Source: Salpingoeca rosetta (lineage: Eukaryota; Protista; Choanoflagellata). From it: 64,000 nt of DNA. The translations under genes and the position numbers were made by a program. Location: assembly GCA_033442325.1 (NCBI GenBank), contig JAWQFM010000022.1, positions 931,926-995,925 on the forward strand, in the 5' to 3' direction. Below the pieces are notes generated by a model. That model was not told the DNA's origin and ran no database searches. It was given only the letters and a program-made list of their open reading frames with translations. Positions 48,774 through 62,421 of the stretch are shown here, piece after piece (position 1 is the stretch's first letter; each line of letters opens with the position of its first letter).

Positions 48774-50664
48774 ATGATGACACAGCGTCGCACATCAGGC
48801 GCAGGGAGCGTCACAGGAACAAGTAGTGCAGCAGCAGCGGCAGCGGCGGGTGCAGCTGACAGGACAGGGACGGGCCAGCGAAGAAGGGATACCGTTGTTG
48901 GCACGCATGATGACAGCGGTGGGCGCGGTGGCGATGGTCCTGAGCGGGGCACAGACAGTGACAAGGATCAGAACACAGATGTTGACGAACACGCAAATCA
49001 AGTCCAGCGACCACAAGTTGACATTGGTCTCATGGCTGACGCCTTTGACCGCCTCGTCCTCGAGCTGCACCCTTTCATTCGAATCGGCAGCGCTATTCGC
49101 TACATCCTCAGGTCAGTCTCTATGTTTGCGTGTGTGTTTGTGTGTGTCTGTGTTTGTGTTTGTGTTTGTGTTTGTGTGTGTTTGTTTGCTTTGTGTTGCA
49201 TCTTGCGCAGGCTTGCGAGTTTGCTTGTTCACAGCCACAACGTGCAATCTCACACCCGCTCTGCGCCATGGACTGTGTCGTGATGGGGTTGCGTTTTCTT
49301 GACAACAGCTGGGAGAACCCAAAAGCAACGCTCGTGGTGCTTGCGGTCTGCTTGCTTTGCAGCTTCCTTCCGCGTGCGTCACGTTGTGTGTGTGTGTGTA
49401 TCCGTGTCTGTATGCGTGTGTGTTGCTTGGCCCAGATTGTTTGCGTCCGTTGCCCTGAACACACACACACACACACATACATTCACAAATACGACGGTCA
49501 GACCGTCGTCTCCAACGTTTGTGCTGCGAACAATTCACTTTGCCATCTTGTTCAAACCAACTGTGCACCGATGCACATTACCAGTGCTGGTCCCGTTCTT
49601 TGTGGCGTCGTCGATGCTCGCCTGCTTGTGGTATCGCTACTACATGCGAGGCGACGTCTCTGCCATCCTCTTTGATGCCGATCTCGTCAAAGGTGCGCCT
49701 GGTGCTGCACCCTGCTTGCGCTATCACGAGCGCATGAACCGGTGTGCGCTGCATGGTTGCACGAAATCATGGACTGCGGTGCTTCTGATGATCTACGTTT
49801 GTGTCTGTGTGTTGGCGTCTGTGCGTGTGTTTGTACAGCTGTGGACAGCTACACGCGCGCACTGCCCAAGATGTCACAGGTACGTCAATTGTGTACGCGG
49901 GAGTTGCGAGGCAACTGAGCGCTCGCACAGCCGAACGCAATGCGTAGCTGTTTCACCATCACGCTGCCTGATGCGCATGGTTCACATTTCTGACGTCCAA
50001 CGCACACAACTCTTTGCATGGTCTCATCTACAGGAGGCGGCAATGCAAAGGAAACTCAACCGCTTTCATCACATGTGCGTACAAGCACAACGCACACCTG
50101 CGCGCAACACCACAGCCTGCATGCAACCTTGATCACTGACTTCTCTCGTCTACCTGCCACCATCTGACACGTGTCACCATGCACCTGCGTATTGGGTATT
50201 GTGTCATGTTTGCAGATTGCTGATGCTGCAGTCCTCCATGCTGGCGGCAATGAAACTGCTCATCTCCATACGCACGTGCGTACTGTGGAACACCGTGTGT
50301 GTCTATGTATGTGTGTGTGTGTGTGTATGTGTGTGTGTGTATGTGTGTGTGTGTGTGCGTGAGTGTTTGTGAGCGTTAGTTTTTGTGAGCGTGCAGGTGT
50401 TTGTCTTTGTCCTTCTTCGCCTGAATACACATCCACTCCACCGCCTGTGTCTGCTCATCAGCTTGCCCCACTGCCTCGTGTGCACCTCCCCTTCATTTCT
50501 TTGGTCGTCCTAATTGTTGTTCTCCCAGGCTGCTGTTCTGGAAACACCCAACGATAACGCTGTGGTCGGGTGGATCGCTGTCTGCAGTGATTGCGTCATG
50601 ACCACACCCTCGTCGCGCACCTGAAGATACGCTGCTTTTACCTCCATTTTTCTTTCTCACAATG

Positions 50665-50747
<83 letters not shown>

Positions 50748-53183
50748 ACACACACACACGCACACCTTCCATAACAGGTTCATTGGGAACATCATTGGTG
50801 TTGCTGCGGCGGTGCTGGTAATGCCAAAGGAATATGTCTTTGCATTCATGGTCGTGTCTGTGTTCGCAGCTGAAACGCATTTAGGGCGGGCCTGCCGAAG
50901 TTTCTACATCCCTGCGCTGCCGCCTGTGGACCTTGCTGAGGAGGCTGCAGAGGTACGGCCGCTCGTGGAACAGGACGAGGCAAACAGGGAAAAGATTTCA
51001 AAACACCTGCACGAAATGCAGGCAGAGCTGAACGCGGGCGCACTCGAAGACAGCAGCAGCCAGCGTGGTGGTGGCGGCGGGACAGACCGGCTCTCAACGG
51101 CAGGCGGTGACAATGATGATGATGAAGATGGTGATGGCGATGATGGCGATGAGGACGGAGGCAGTGTTGCGGGGAACGGGAGCGGCAGTACCACCGGTGC
51201 GCCGTTGAGTGACCAAACACGCAGAACCATGGCTGCTCTTGGCTCGTCGCATCTCCAACAAAGGTATGTGTGGTGTCGTGCTGTGTTGTGATGCCCCGTT
51301 GTGTGATCAATGTGGTGTCTGCGCGACGACCTCGGTTGTTGCTGTTGCTGCCTTGACTGCTGACGATTGTTTTCCCACGGGGCGCGGCGCTTCAGGTGTG
51401 CGACGCCGGATTCCGTCTCCGTGTACAACGACGGTGGGTTTGTCTGGGTGGACGTCGATAAGGTGTGTACGCATGAGAGGGTAGGCGCGTTGGCGGTGTC
51501 GCTGTGTTGGCTGCCCCTTGCTGCTATACTCTTTGGTCGCTGCCGTTGTTTGTTTTTCTGTCACCTGCCTATGTTGCGTTGCGTTGCGTTGTGTTGTGCT
51601 TGATCGTGTTCCCCTCTTCTTCCCTGTTCCTCTCCTGTCAGCCTCCACAATGTCTTTCTTGATCTTCGTCTGCACCTGCTTGTGCTTTTCTTTCAGTGAC
51701 CAAGTCACGTTGCTGCTGCTGCTGCTGTTGTTGTTGTTGTTGGTGGTGCCTCACTTGTCTCATCTCCCTCTGCTTCGTGCGCGCGTGTGGCTGCACCTGC
51801 AACAGCATCACCACCAACGTGCTTCGGTGGCTCACAGCACGCCTGTATCAACCAGCTCCCTCGACCCACCCTTATCCAGGTATGTGCACGTGTGTGAGTG
51901 AGTGTGTGCGCGTGTGCGTGTGAGTGTGTGTGCATGCGTGTGGCTCTTTGTTTGCGTGAGCATTGCAGTGTGCTGTCTTGCCTACCACCACCATTGGTGC
52001 AACTACCACTGCTGCAACTACTGCTACTGCTAGTGGTTGCTTTGTCCGCTGCACCGTAGCGTCTGTGCTTTGCATGCGTAATTGTGTGCCCAACTCACTG
52101 CAACCACTGGGGCTGCGTAGGCGAGTGCCGGCGTCCACGAGTGCGTTGCGACGGCGGTCTGGCGCATCGGCACCACCGCCGCGAGCAGCAGCACAACCAC
52201 GGTCATCGTCATCGTCGTTGTCGGCATCAGTGCACGCGCGGCGGACAGCAGCAGCAGCGGCACAGCACCACCACCATGCATGTGCACAGTGCGGTTCCGC
52301 CTTCAACATCATGCGCTCAAAGGTCTGTGTGTGTGTGTGTGTGTGTGTGTTTGTGTGAGCACCGTGTCGGCTTGTGTGTGTGTGTGCGCATGTATGTGCG
52401 TATGTATGTACGCATGCGTACACGTGTGTGTGTGTGCGCATACCTGAGCGGCCCTTCAGCTATCACTTGTGTGGGATGCACGATATCATACCGTGCTCAC
52501 ATGTGTGCATCTCCACCATCCACAATCCACTGCCGCTGCCACTGCTGCGTGTGCGTGCATGTGTGTGTATGTATGTATGTGTGTGTGTGTGTGTGTGTGT
52601 TTGCATGTGTGCGCGTTTTGCGATGACAGTACGACTGCAACAGCTGCGGGTCACCAATCTGCAGCCGCTGTGCCGTCAAAGTCAAGCGCTCTGCTCTCGG
52701 CACCGTCGGTATGGCGCAACGCATGTGTGCATGTGTGCGTGTGTGCGTGTACATTTGTGCATGTGTGCATGTGTGCATGTGTGCATGTGTGTGTGTGTGT
52801 GCATATGTGTGTGTGTGTGTTCTTGTGGTTTGTTTAGTTTGTTTGGCTCTGCGTTTGTGTGTGCACTGTGATTGCGTGCGTTTACTGTGCGGCTTGACTG
52901 TTCATGTGCGCCTGCATGCGCGTGTTGGGCCACAACCGCCTCTCTGGTGTATGTATGTTTGTGCGTGTGTGTGTGTATGTATGTGTGTGTGTGTATGTGC
53001 TTACATGCTTTGCTTCCTTCCATATGTGTGTGTGTGTGTGTGCATGTGTGCATGTGTGCAGGCAATGCGGCGGCGTCGACGGTGCGGGTGTGCGGGCCGT
53101 GTGCAGAAACGCTTCGTGTGCGAGCTGAGGGCCTGCGCCCAAACGAGCACGACATTGTGCTTGGCTCCGACACCCACACCTGA
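48774..53183 (+). CDS. ZFYVE27: Protrudin-like ER membrane protein (hydrophobic hairpins + atypical C-terminal FYVE)
   Basis: [52 protein letters not shown] segments; [18 protein letters not shown]|[31 protein letters not shown]. Both regions match the protrudin pattern. Confidence 0.78.
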
Positions 53184-53198
53184 CCACCACAGTGCGCA

Positions 53199-53307
<109 letters not shown>

Positions 53308-53563
53308 ACCTGTACATTGATCGTGCCAACGTAAGTGCGCGCCATTCTCAAACCGTCCGGCTGTTGTGTCAATCTAACAACATAAAAAGCAAGTCAACCC
53401 TTCTCATTCTGTTGCTTCACAGTAGTTTCCTTTACTGCAACAAGCAATCAAGCAAGCAAGCGCGACAACAAGAGACAAGAGATGCTGCAGCAATGGCGAC
53501 AGCAAACACCAGCAATAAGCAACGGGGGCGGGGGCAAAAGCAGAGTCAGGAGGTGCCCAGTCT

Positions 53564-55118
53564 TTACAGCTCATCCAGCTGCACAAGCAGAGACAGATCC
53601 AAGCAGAGCGAAGCAGTGGTGAGGGACACAGTGATGGCGGTGCTGCGCGTTCGCAGCAGGTAGAGCATGGATTGGCCTGTGGACAACGCGCCCACAACGA
53701 CCACAAACATACGGTCCTTTGAACAAAAGTACCACCACGGCGACTGCAATCACCAGTGCAAACCCTCACCAGGTCTTCCTCTTCGTCGTCGTCAGCAGCG
53801 GTGATGGAGGCGGAGGCCGCAGGGGCGGTGGCAGAGAGGAAACTGTCTGCATCCAACTGTGACACGTCGCTGTCGTGGTGGCGATGGTGGTGGTGATGAT
53901 GATGAAATGGTGTGATGATGAGGTGATCATTGAGCAGGTGGCGGGAGAGGAACAAGGGAAAGCCACGAAACCGGATGTAGAGGCAGGCAACACGAAGGCA
54001 TGCATGCATGTACGTGTNNNNNNNNNNNNNNNNNNNNNNNNNNNNNNNNNNNNNNNNNNNNNNNNNNNNNNNNNNNNNNNNNNNNNNNNNNNNNNNNNNN
54101 NNNNNNNNNNNNNNNNNNNNNNNNNNNNNNNNNNNNNNNNNNNNNNNNNNNNNNNNNNNNNNNNNNNNNNNNNNNNNNNNNNNNNNNNNNNNNNNNNNNN
54201 NNNNNNNNNNNNNNNNNNNNNNNNNNNNNNNNNNNNNNNNNNNNNNNNNNNNNNNNNNNNNNNNNNNNNNNNNNNNNNNNNNNNNNNNNNNNNNNNNNNN
54301 NNNNNNNNNNNNNNNNNNNNNNNNNNNNNNNNNNNNNNNNNNNNNNNNNNNNNNNNNNNNNNNNNNNNNNNNNNNNNNNNNNNNNNNNNNNNNNNNNNNN
54401 NNNNNNNNNNNNNNNNNNNNNNNNNNNNNNNNNNNNNNNNNNNNNNNNNNNNNNNNNNNNNNNNNNNNNNNNNNNNNNNNNNNNNNNNNNNNNNNNNNNN
54501 NNNNNNNNNNNNNNNNNNNNNNNNNNNNNNNNNNNNNNNNNNNNNNNNNNNNNNNNNNNNNNNNNNNNNNNNNNNNNNNNNNNNNNNNNNNNNNNNNNNN
54601 NNNNNNNNNNNNNNNNNNNNNNNNNNNNNNNNNNNNNNNNNNNNNNNNNNNNNNNNNNNNNNNNNNNNNNNNNNNNNNNNNNNNNNNNNNNNNNNNNNNN
54701 NNNNNNNNNNNNNNNNNNNNNNNNNNNNNNNNNNNNNNNNNNNNNNNNNNNNNNNNNNNNNNNNNNNNNNNNNNNNNNNNNNNNNNNNNNNNNNNNNNNN
54801 NNNNNNNNNNNNNNNNNNNNNNNNNNNNNNNNNNNNNNNNNNNNNNNNNNNNNNNNNNNNNNNNNNNNNNNNNNNNNNNNNNNNNNNNNNNNNNNNNNNN
54901 NNNNNCATGGATATCAATGCTGAATTGGACCAGGTGATTGATGAAGGAGCAGTTCGATATCTGGTTGGTGAATTGAAGTCCAGCAAGAGGAACAGAACCA
55001 GGCAAGATCCGTCCAAGTGTCATCATTCAAAAAAATTTGATTAATCAGGTGGGACATCCATCCAATTTTATTTTCGGGACTCACTCACACACACGGACAC
55101 GCACACACACATACATGT

Positions 55119-55168
<50 letters not shown>

Positions 55169-55330
55169 CGCTGTCACCTGGTAGAACATCTGGATGGCCG
55201 GGTTGAAGGTGTATTCTGGCTCGTACGCCTCCACCTCATCGCCGTCCTCGTCCTGCGCAACCGCAGCAACAGGTGGGGAGGGCGGTTGTGGATGGGGTGA
55301 GGGCACAAAGGGGGGCACAATGGAGCTGTT

Positions 55331-55379
<49 letters not shown>

Positions 55380-56339
55380 GCAACAAACCAAACAAACCCA
55401 ACTGACAAGCAACACAAAACAAACAAACAAAACAAACACAACACAAACAAACGACACAACAAACAAAAAACCAGGCGACACGAGAAACGTACGACGTAGC
55501 CCTTCATGAGATCCATGCTGGCAATGACATCCTCCACGGCGGCGCGCTGCTCCTTGTCAAAGTCCGCGTTTTTGTTCTTTGCGAGCGACGCAAACTCGTA
55601 GGGCCGAATGTCCTCACGGAAGGGCAGCGACACGTAGTACAGGCCTTTGTACTCCTCGCTGATCGTCTGTTTCAACAAAGGGGTGGGGGGGGGCGGGATG
55701 GGGTGAGTTGGAGTTTGAGTGTGAGTGAGTGACTGGGGGAGTGGCAGGCACAGGAACACACACACATATGTAAAATCATGTCTCCAACAACAACAACAAC
55801 AACAACCACTCCCTTCCGTTCACCATCTCCAATTTGGCTCGGACCGGGAAGAGCATGCCGAGCTTTGGGGCGGCCTTGTTCCTGAAGACGTATCGCACAA
55901 TGGCGACCGACTCCATCTCGTGCAGCGCCTGCGCCAGACACGCAATCCCGCGCGCAGCGTCCTCGTCGTCGTGGGCCGGCAGCACGCACAGCAGCGGCTC
56001 AAGCTGGTGGTGGCGCGGGACCTGTCTTGGCCGTTGCGGGCGAGAGGGTGGTGTGGAGTGTGTCATTGGGGGGAAGAGGGAGAAGGGATGAGTTGAGATG
56101 ATGCAGAACAGTCTGCCAATCGTGAGCATCGTTGTGTCTCCTCACACACACACACACACGCACAACGCACGTTGTCCTGGTGGGTGAAGCAGATGACTGA
56201 GAGTTCCTTGTCGGGCTTGAGCGTGAGGTTCTCCTCGTGCATCTTTTCCCACGGCACAATTGTGCGCCCGTAGCGGTAGCCCTTGATGCGCTCCTCACCA
56301 GGCACCTGGAGGGGGGAGGGGCGTGTGATGTCAGGGGAG

Positions 56340-56421
<82 letters not shown>

Positions 56422-57754
56422 GGTGGTGGTGGTGGTGGTGGCGAAGGCTGTGGTGAGAATATGTCAATCAAGTGCAACCTGACAAGCTTCCAAGAAGCAC
56501 GTGCGTGTCTCTTCAAGTTTCACAGAGAGAGAGAGAGAGAGCAATCATCGCACGTCCATGTGCACCTCTGTTTCGTCCTCGTCCAGCTTGTGATATGTCA
56601 CCTCCCGCTCAACTTTCGCAGAGTCCGCGTCCGTTGGGTCCTGTAGGTTGTGTATTAGGCGCATGCGCGTGCGCGTGGGTGTGCATGTAAGTGAGCGTAT
56701 GCGTAAGAGCTTGTGTGTGCGTGTGCATGTGCATGTGAGCATGTACGCATTTACGTTTGTGGAACACAACACCGCGTCGTTGCTGGTACTGACACCCCAC
56801 CCCTCCTCTCCTCCTCCCACGGCCACAACGCACGAGGTCGACGAGTGCTGAGAGTTTCTTGAGCGTTGGTCGCGGCTCCCGCTTCTCCTCCGTGTACAGA
56901 AACACGGGGATCTGTGTGCACATGTGCACGGCAAAGATGGGGTGGATGTGCAGAGGGCGCGAACAAGTATTGTTGGTGCGAGGAATGAGACAGCAAGAAC
57001 AAGCTACACTTGCATCAGCTTACATCTACTCACACACACGACTACGCACACATGCACGAGTACACGAGGACACACAGCAGAGCAGGGCCCCGTACCTCGC
57101 CCTCAACGGCGTCCACGATGCGTTTGATAATCTGCACATTCTCCTTCTGCAAACACACGCGCGTGTCATTGGTGTGAAAGGAGGCAGCCTGTTCGATACG
57201 TGCAGTGCAACCCCTATCCAACACCACAAAGACACACATACACACACACGCACGCACGCATACATGACGCACCTGCGTTTGCGTCATGTGGGCGACAGAC
57301 TCGTCGTCTTCGTCTCCGTCCTCGTCGATGCCGACACCACTGGTGCAACAACAACAACACAAGCAGCGCAACAACGCATTTGGCATGGTCACATGGCAAC
57401 AGCAATGAAATGCACAGGTGTACGAACACACACGCACGCACGCACGCAAGCATTCAAACAACCCCTTCTTGGCTCCACTGCTACACGGTGTGTATACGCA
57501 CATGACGCGGAGATCGATGCCGTGCGCCTTCATGCCGTCGATAATCTGGTCGAGCGAGCTGTCATTGACGGGGGACCCTGCGTCCGTGAACATGTAGATC
57601 TTCTTGTCGCCCTTCTTCTTCTCCCCGCCCGTGATCAGGCAGTCCAGCGCAACCACAAGCGCGTCCACAACTGAGTGTGTGTGTGTGTGTGTGGGGGGGG
57701 GGGGGGGTGAATGCGAAAAGCGTGCATGCTGCCTATTCCAACAAACGAGCACAT

Positions 57755-57787
<33 letters not shown>

Positions 57788-58366
57788 ACCACCACCACCA
57801 CCACCACCACCACCACCACCATCGCCGCCGCCGCCGCCGCCACTGCCAAAACGCACAGTCTGTGGGTTGATCGCCTGGCTGGATCTCTGTTTCGATGAAG
57901 CGGAGAAGATCGAGGTCTGGCGAGGTGAGGGTGCGCCGCACGCAGATGTGCTGGTACTCGCCGTCGCTGGCGAGCGGGTTGTCTGTTTCATTGTCGCCAA
58001 ACGTAATCAGCGCCACCTCATCCTTCTTCGTGTGCAGAACCTGCGCGAAGTGTGTGCATGTGTGTGCGTGTGTGTGAATGGGTGTGTGTGTGAATGTGCA
58101 TGTGTGTGTGTGCATGTGTGCGTGTGTGCGCGAAGTGTGTGCATGTGTGTGTGTGAATGTGTGTGTGTGCGTCTGTGTGAATGTGAATGGGTTGAGCGAC
58201 AAGTTCGCGCACAAGCAAGAGTTGGACACACACCAACCTTTTGCTGGACGAAGAGATCGATGGCCTTGACGGCGGTCTCAAGGTGCGACTTGCCCGAGGA
58301 CAGCTTCGTGCTCATGGACGGGCCAACGTCCAGCACAATCGCCGTCAAATCCCCACTCCGCGACAT
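53564..58366 (-). CDS. XRCC5: Ku80, non-homologous end joining DNA end-binding subunit
   Basis: [98 protein letters not shown]; terminal EEEDL|LDEL*; spans gap 54018-54905. Confidence 0.95.
54018..54905. other. Assembly gap, probably hiding Ku80 exons
   Basis: N run. Confidence 0.99.
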
Positions 58367-58640
58367 GACACCGAGAACAGCACAGGAGGACAAGGCAAGG
58401 GAAGGAAGGCAGAAGGAAAGGAAGACAACAACACCCCAACACAGCGGTCACTGGCTCTGATGATGCGTGTTCGTCAAACAAGTCTGTGCGTGAAATTGTT
58501 GTTGACATTTCTGCACACACACACAACGCAACGACAACGGATACAAGAGCAAGAAGACGACGACACTTCGGCAACCAAACCACAACAACAACTTCGAGCT
58601 GGCTTCTCCTGCTTCGCGGATTCTCTTGACGCACAACAGC

Positions 58641-58892
58641 ATGTCGCATGCACAGCCGCCTCTGGGCTACCCACAAACGGTAAGAAGTGATGGATGCACC
58701 ACGTATGCTTGCGTGCACCTTGTCTGTGCCACGATTGCGCCAACCCCAACACGCACACGTACACATCCCACGTCGTGTCTGATGTCTGCGCTTCCTTTCC
58801 CCCTCCCCACGTATCTGTGTATCTGTGTATCTGTGTATCTGTATCTGTGTGTGTATCTGTGTGTGTATCTGTATCTGCGTGTATCTCTCTCT

Positions 58893-58948
<56 letters not shown>

Positions 58949-59514
58949 TGCTTGTCCTGCTTGTCCTTCTATCTTCTTCCTCCCTTCCTCCTCCCCCAAT
59001 TCGTCTCCCTCTCTCTTTCTCCTTGTTCCTCCTTCTCCCTTGTTCCTCCCCTCCTTTCCTTCTCTTCCTCCCTCCTTCCCCTCTCTTCCCCCCTCTTCCT
59101 CTTCCTCTTTGCCATTGCGTAGCACCACCAAACACCGTATGCCACAGCACCACCTGCTGCTGTCGAGTATGAGCAGCACCAACAGCACAGCAACTTCTCA
59201 TACCCTCCCCCACAACAACAACCACAACCACAACAACAACACCAACAACCACAGCAGCAGCAGCAGGGCTACGGCTATGGCTATTACCCACCACAGCAGC
59301 AACAGCAGCAACAGCAGTACTATGCTCCCCCACCTTATGGGCAACAGCAGTACCCGTACGCGCAGCATTACGGCCCCGGATACGTCACATCGGTAGGCGT
59401 CGCGTATACGTACACATGTGTGTGTGCTGTTGTTTGTCTCCTTCGAATCTGCTCTTCACGTGTTGCTGCTGCTGCTGCTGCTGCCGCCGCATGTTCTTCC
59501 TTCCCCTGATGCAA

Positions 59515-59545
<31 letters not shown>

Positions 59546-59735
59546 AACACATGCAAACACACACACACATGCAAACACAACACAGCAACCACAGGTTGCG
59601 CCTCCCCCAAGTCATTACAACCAGCAATACTCCAACACAGGCAACAGACCAAACCAGAACTCGCAAGCAGAGGGCTTCCTCGCCGGCCTCGCCGCATGTG
59701 CATGCTTGCTCTGCTGCTGTGACATCCTGACTTGA
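58641..59735 (+). CDS. CYSTM-family tail-anchored protein (Q/P/Y-rich N-terminus, Cys-rich C-terminal membrane module)
   Basis: Exons 58641-58679 (MSHAQPPLGYPQT), ~59123-59392 (QQGYGYGYYPPQQ..YAPPPYG), ~59586-59735 ending GFLAGLAACACLLCCCDILT*. Confidence 0.8.
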
Positions 59736-59802
59736 TGTCGTCCCCGCCCCCGTCTCGCATAGCTGTTTGCCACCTCCGTCCTTTCTCTCCCTCTCTCTCT
59801 CT

Positions 59803-59892
<90 letters not shown>

Positions 59893-60006
59893 TGTACTTG
59901 GCGGCGTGCCACCCTGTTACATTACTCTCAATCCATTATAAATGACCCAGAAGCAAGAGAACAAGCCAACATGCAATGACGCCAAGCTTGCGTGCGCGCG
60001 TAAATG

Positions 60007-60052
<46 letters not shown>

Positions 60053-60061
60053 CATGTCACA

Positions 60062-60512
60062 TCACTTGACACTTGCATCCCTGTCTTCCTTGTCAGAGAA
60101 TACATCATCACTATCATCACCCTCCTCTTCCTCTTCATCCTCATCCTCATCCTCTTCCTCGTCATCATCATCGTCGTCGTCGTCATCATCATCATCATCA
60201 TCCTTGCGTGCACGCCTGCCCCCCACGGGCACGTCGATCAGCTGCTCGTCCAACTCAGACCCGCTGCTGTCGTCATCACTCAACAGTTCCAACACGTCAT
60301 CGTCAACATCACGGTCGTCAACATCACCACCATCACCGCCACCGCCATCACGACTCGTGCCACCCTTCCTGCCACCACTCGCTGCCGCTGTTCGATTGCG
60401 TGCGCTGCGCATGCGCCCCTGCACGGCGGCATTGTACTTGCGCTCCCACCACGCATGCTCGTTCGGATCACCCATCTCAACACCAGGCACACCAAGCAGC
60501 GTCGTCTTCGTC

Positions 60513-60549
<37 letters not shown>

Positions 60550-62128
60550 GTGTTGCCTTCCCTGCGCCTGCAACAGGTGGTTGTGGTTGTTGTTGTCCAA
60601 CGTTCATGCCACCGCCGCTGCTAACTGAAGCGTGTGCATGTGGCGTGGATGCCTGCTGCAGTCGCGATGACGGTGGCAGCAGTTTGCGTCCACCCCGTGG
60701 ATGCTCCTTCCCGCTCTCCCTTCGACCACGCGCGTCGTGGCCACTCGCCAGCCCCGTTCCACCCTGCAGATAGGACTGCACATCCGCATCCAATACCACC
60801 GCCGTTGCCACCCCGAGCTGTTGCCTCAGCTGCTCCGCCGCACCGCGCGCGCGCCCGTGTGCCAGCACCGTCCACCCATCGAGAAACGCGTATGCATTGC
60901 CTGCATGGGCATGTGATTGCGAGCCCAACGGCGTGCCGTCACCATGGGTGTGGCACACCGCGGTGACACCGCTTGCTCCACCGGACTTGCTTCCGTCGCC
61001 ACTGTGGCGGCCGTTGCCGGGCTGACCACGGCGATGGCGGGCACTCGGTGCGCGTGACAGCTGCAACTGGCCAAGACGCGGCATTGCGCGCCGCTTGTTT
61101 GCGCCGCTTCCATGCGACTGCGACGTGGCTGGCGCATCGTGCGCTCCCGTGTGGATCTCAACACCACTGCTGTCACTGGTCACTGGTTGTTGGGACTTGT
61201 GATCATCCAAGGGCCTTGAAGCTGTTTCATCTGCATCTGGTTGGTCTGGCGCGGTGACACTGTCATTGGCTTTGGCGCCGCCTCGTTGCTGTGACGACTT
61301 CTGCTTTGCTGTTGCCGCTATTGTTGGCTGCTGTTTTTCAGCGAGACTGCTCTTCTCCCGCTGCCGCGAATCGGCGGCCGTGCTCGCTTGTGGCGGGTTC
61401 TTGCTATTCGCTGATGTCGCGGTCGTGGAGCTGGCGTGTGCAGGGTCCTCAGCTGTTGGACTGCTGCGTGGCGGCGTTGGCGTTGCAGGCGACGCCGTGG
61501 TGCTTCGCTTCGACGGGCGTGATCGCTTGCCCGTGCCGCGCAGGAGCTGGTCGCTGCCCAACTGCTTCATGACCTGCTTGCGCTCCATCTCGTGATAGTA
61601 GTCATTGAAGTATGTCAGGGTCGTGGAAAAGTATGTGGCAAGCAGGGCGGTCTCCGTCTGCATGTGTGCACGCTGCCAGAGGCACACGCGCTCGCCCGCA
61701 TTTCTGATTGCCAGCAGCGTGGCTGGATCCACGTCGTCGGCGCGCAGCTGCGCGAGAAGGATGCAGTCGCCGTGCTCCTCGCACAACCATGGCAAGAACG
61801 CCTTGTACACGCCCAAGCACGAGTGCGGGGCCTCCCGGCCAAATCCTTTGATGCCACCCACGATCAACGCCCGTGCAACGGCATCCACCACGTCCTTGTT
61901 GCTCTTGCTGCTCTTGCTGCTGTTCTTGTTGTCGCCGCCATTGTCACTGTTGTTGTTGTTGGCGTTGGTGCTGTGATTGGTGGTGGGGCGTGCTGATGCA
62001 AATGACGAGGCCGGCCGGGGGGCACCGGATGGGTGCGAGGTGTCTTGCCCGTCCCCATCGCCATCCCCGACACAGCGGGTCAGCAGTGGCGTCAAGTGTC
62101 CAATCAGCCGCTGCACAAGCACCGTCAT
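60062..62128 (-). CDS. Protein with N-terminal RUN-like domain, low-complexity middle and acidic C-terminus
   Basis: Long uninterrupted ORF. VVDAVARALIVGGIK...GERVCLWQRAHMQTETALLATYF..YY resembles RUN blocks (LxxxLxHGLK...GRxRAWIRxxLxExxLxxYL..YY). Hidden introns are possible. Confidence 0.55.
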
Positions 62129-62421
62129 CGTTGTGCTTGTTTGTTGTCTGTTGTTGTGTGTTGTTGTTGGCCCCGCTTGTAAATGAAGTCTTATAAATAG
62201 GCCATCGTCCTGATTACAGCATTCAACCCATCCACGTGCACAGCAAAGCACACACAACAACAGAACGCACGCTGCACCTGCTGCGCCTGCCTGCTTCCTG
62301 TTGTGGTTGGTTTGACAACACCAACTTGTACCTCTTCCTCTCTCCCTCTCTCCCTCTCTCCCTCTCGGTCACATCAACCAGCACGCCTTGATCTTGTTGT
62401 TCCTTCTGTTTGGCCGCAACG

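Noticed and set aside
54906-55080. AT-rich segment with short [13 protein letters not shown]...
   Set aside because: Gap-adjacent, composition atypical, no recognisable similarity; likely low-quality sequence within Ku80.
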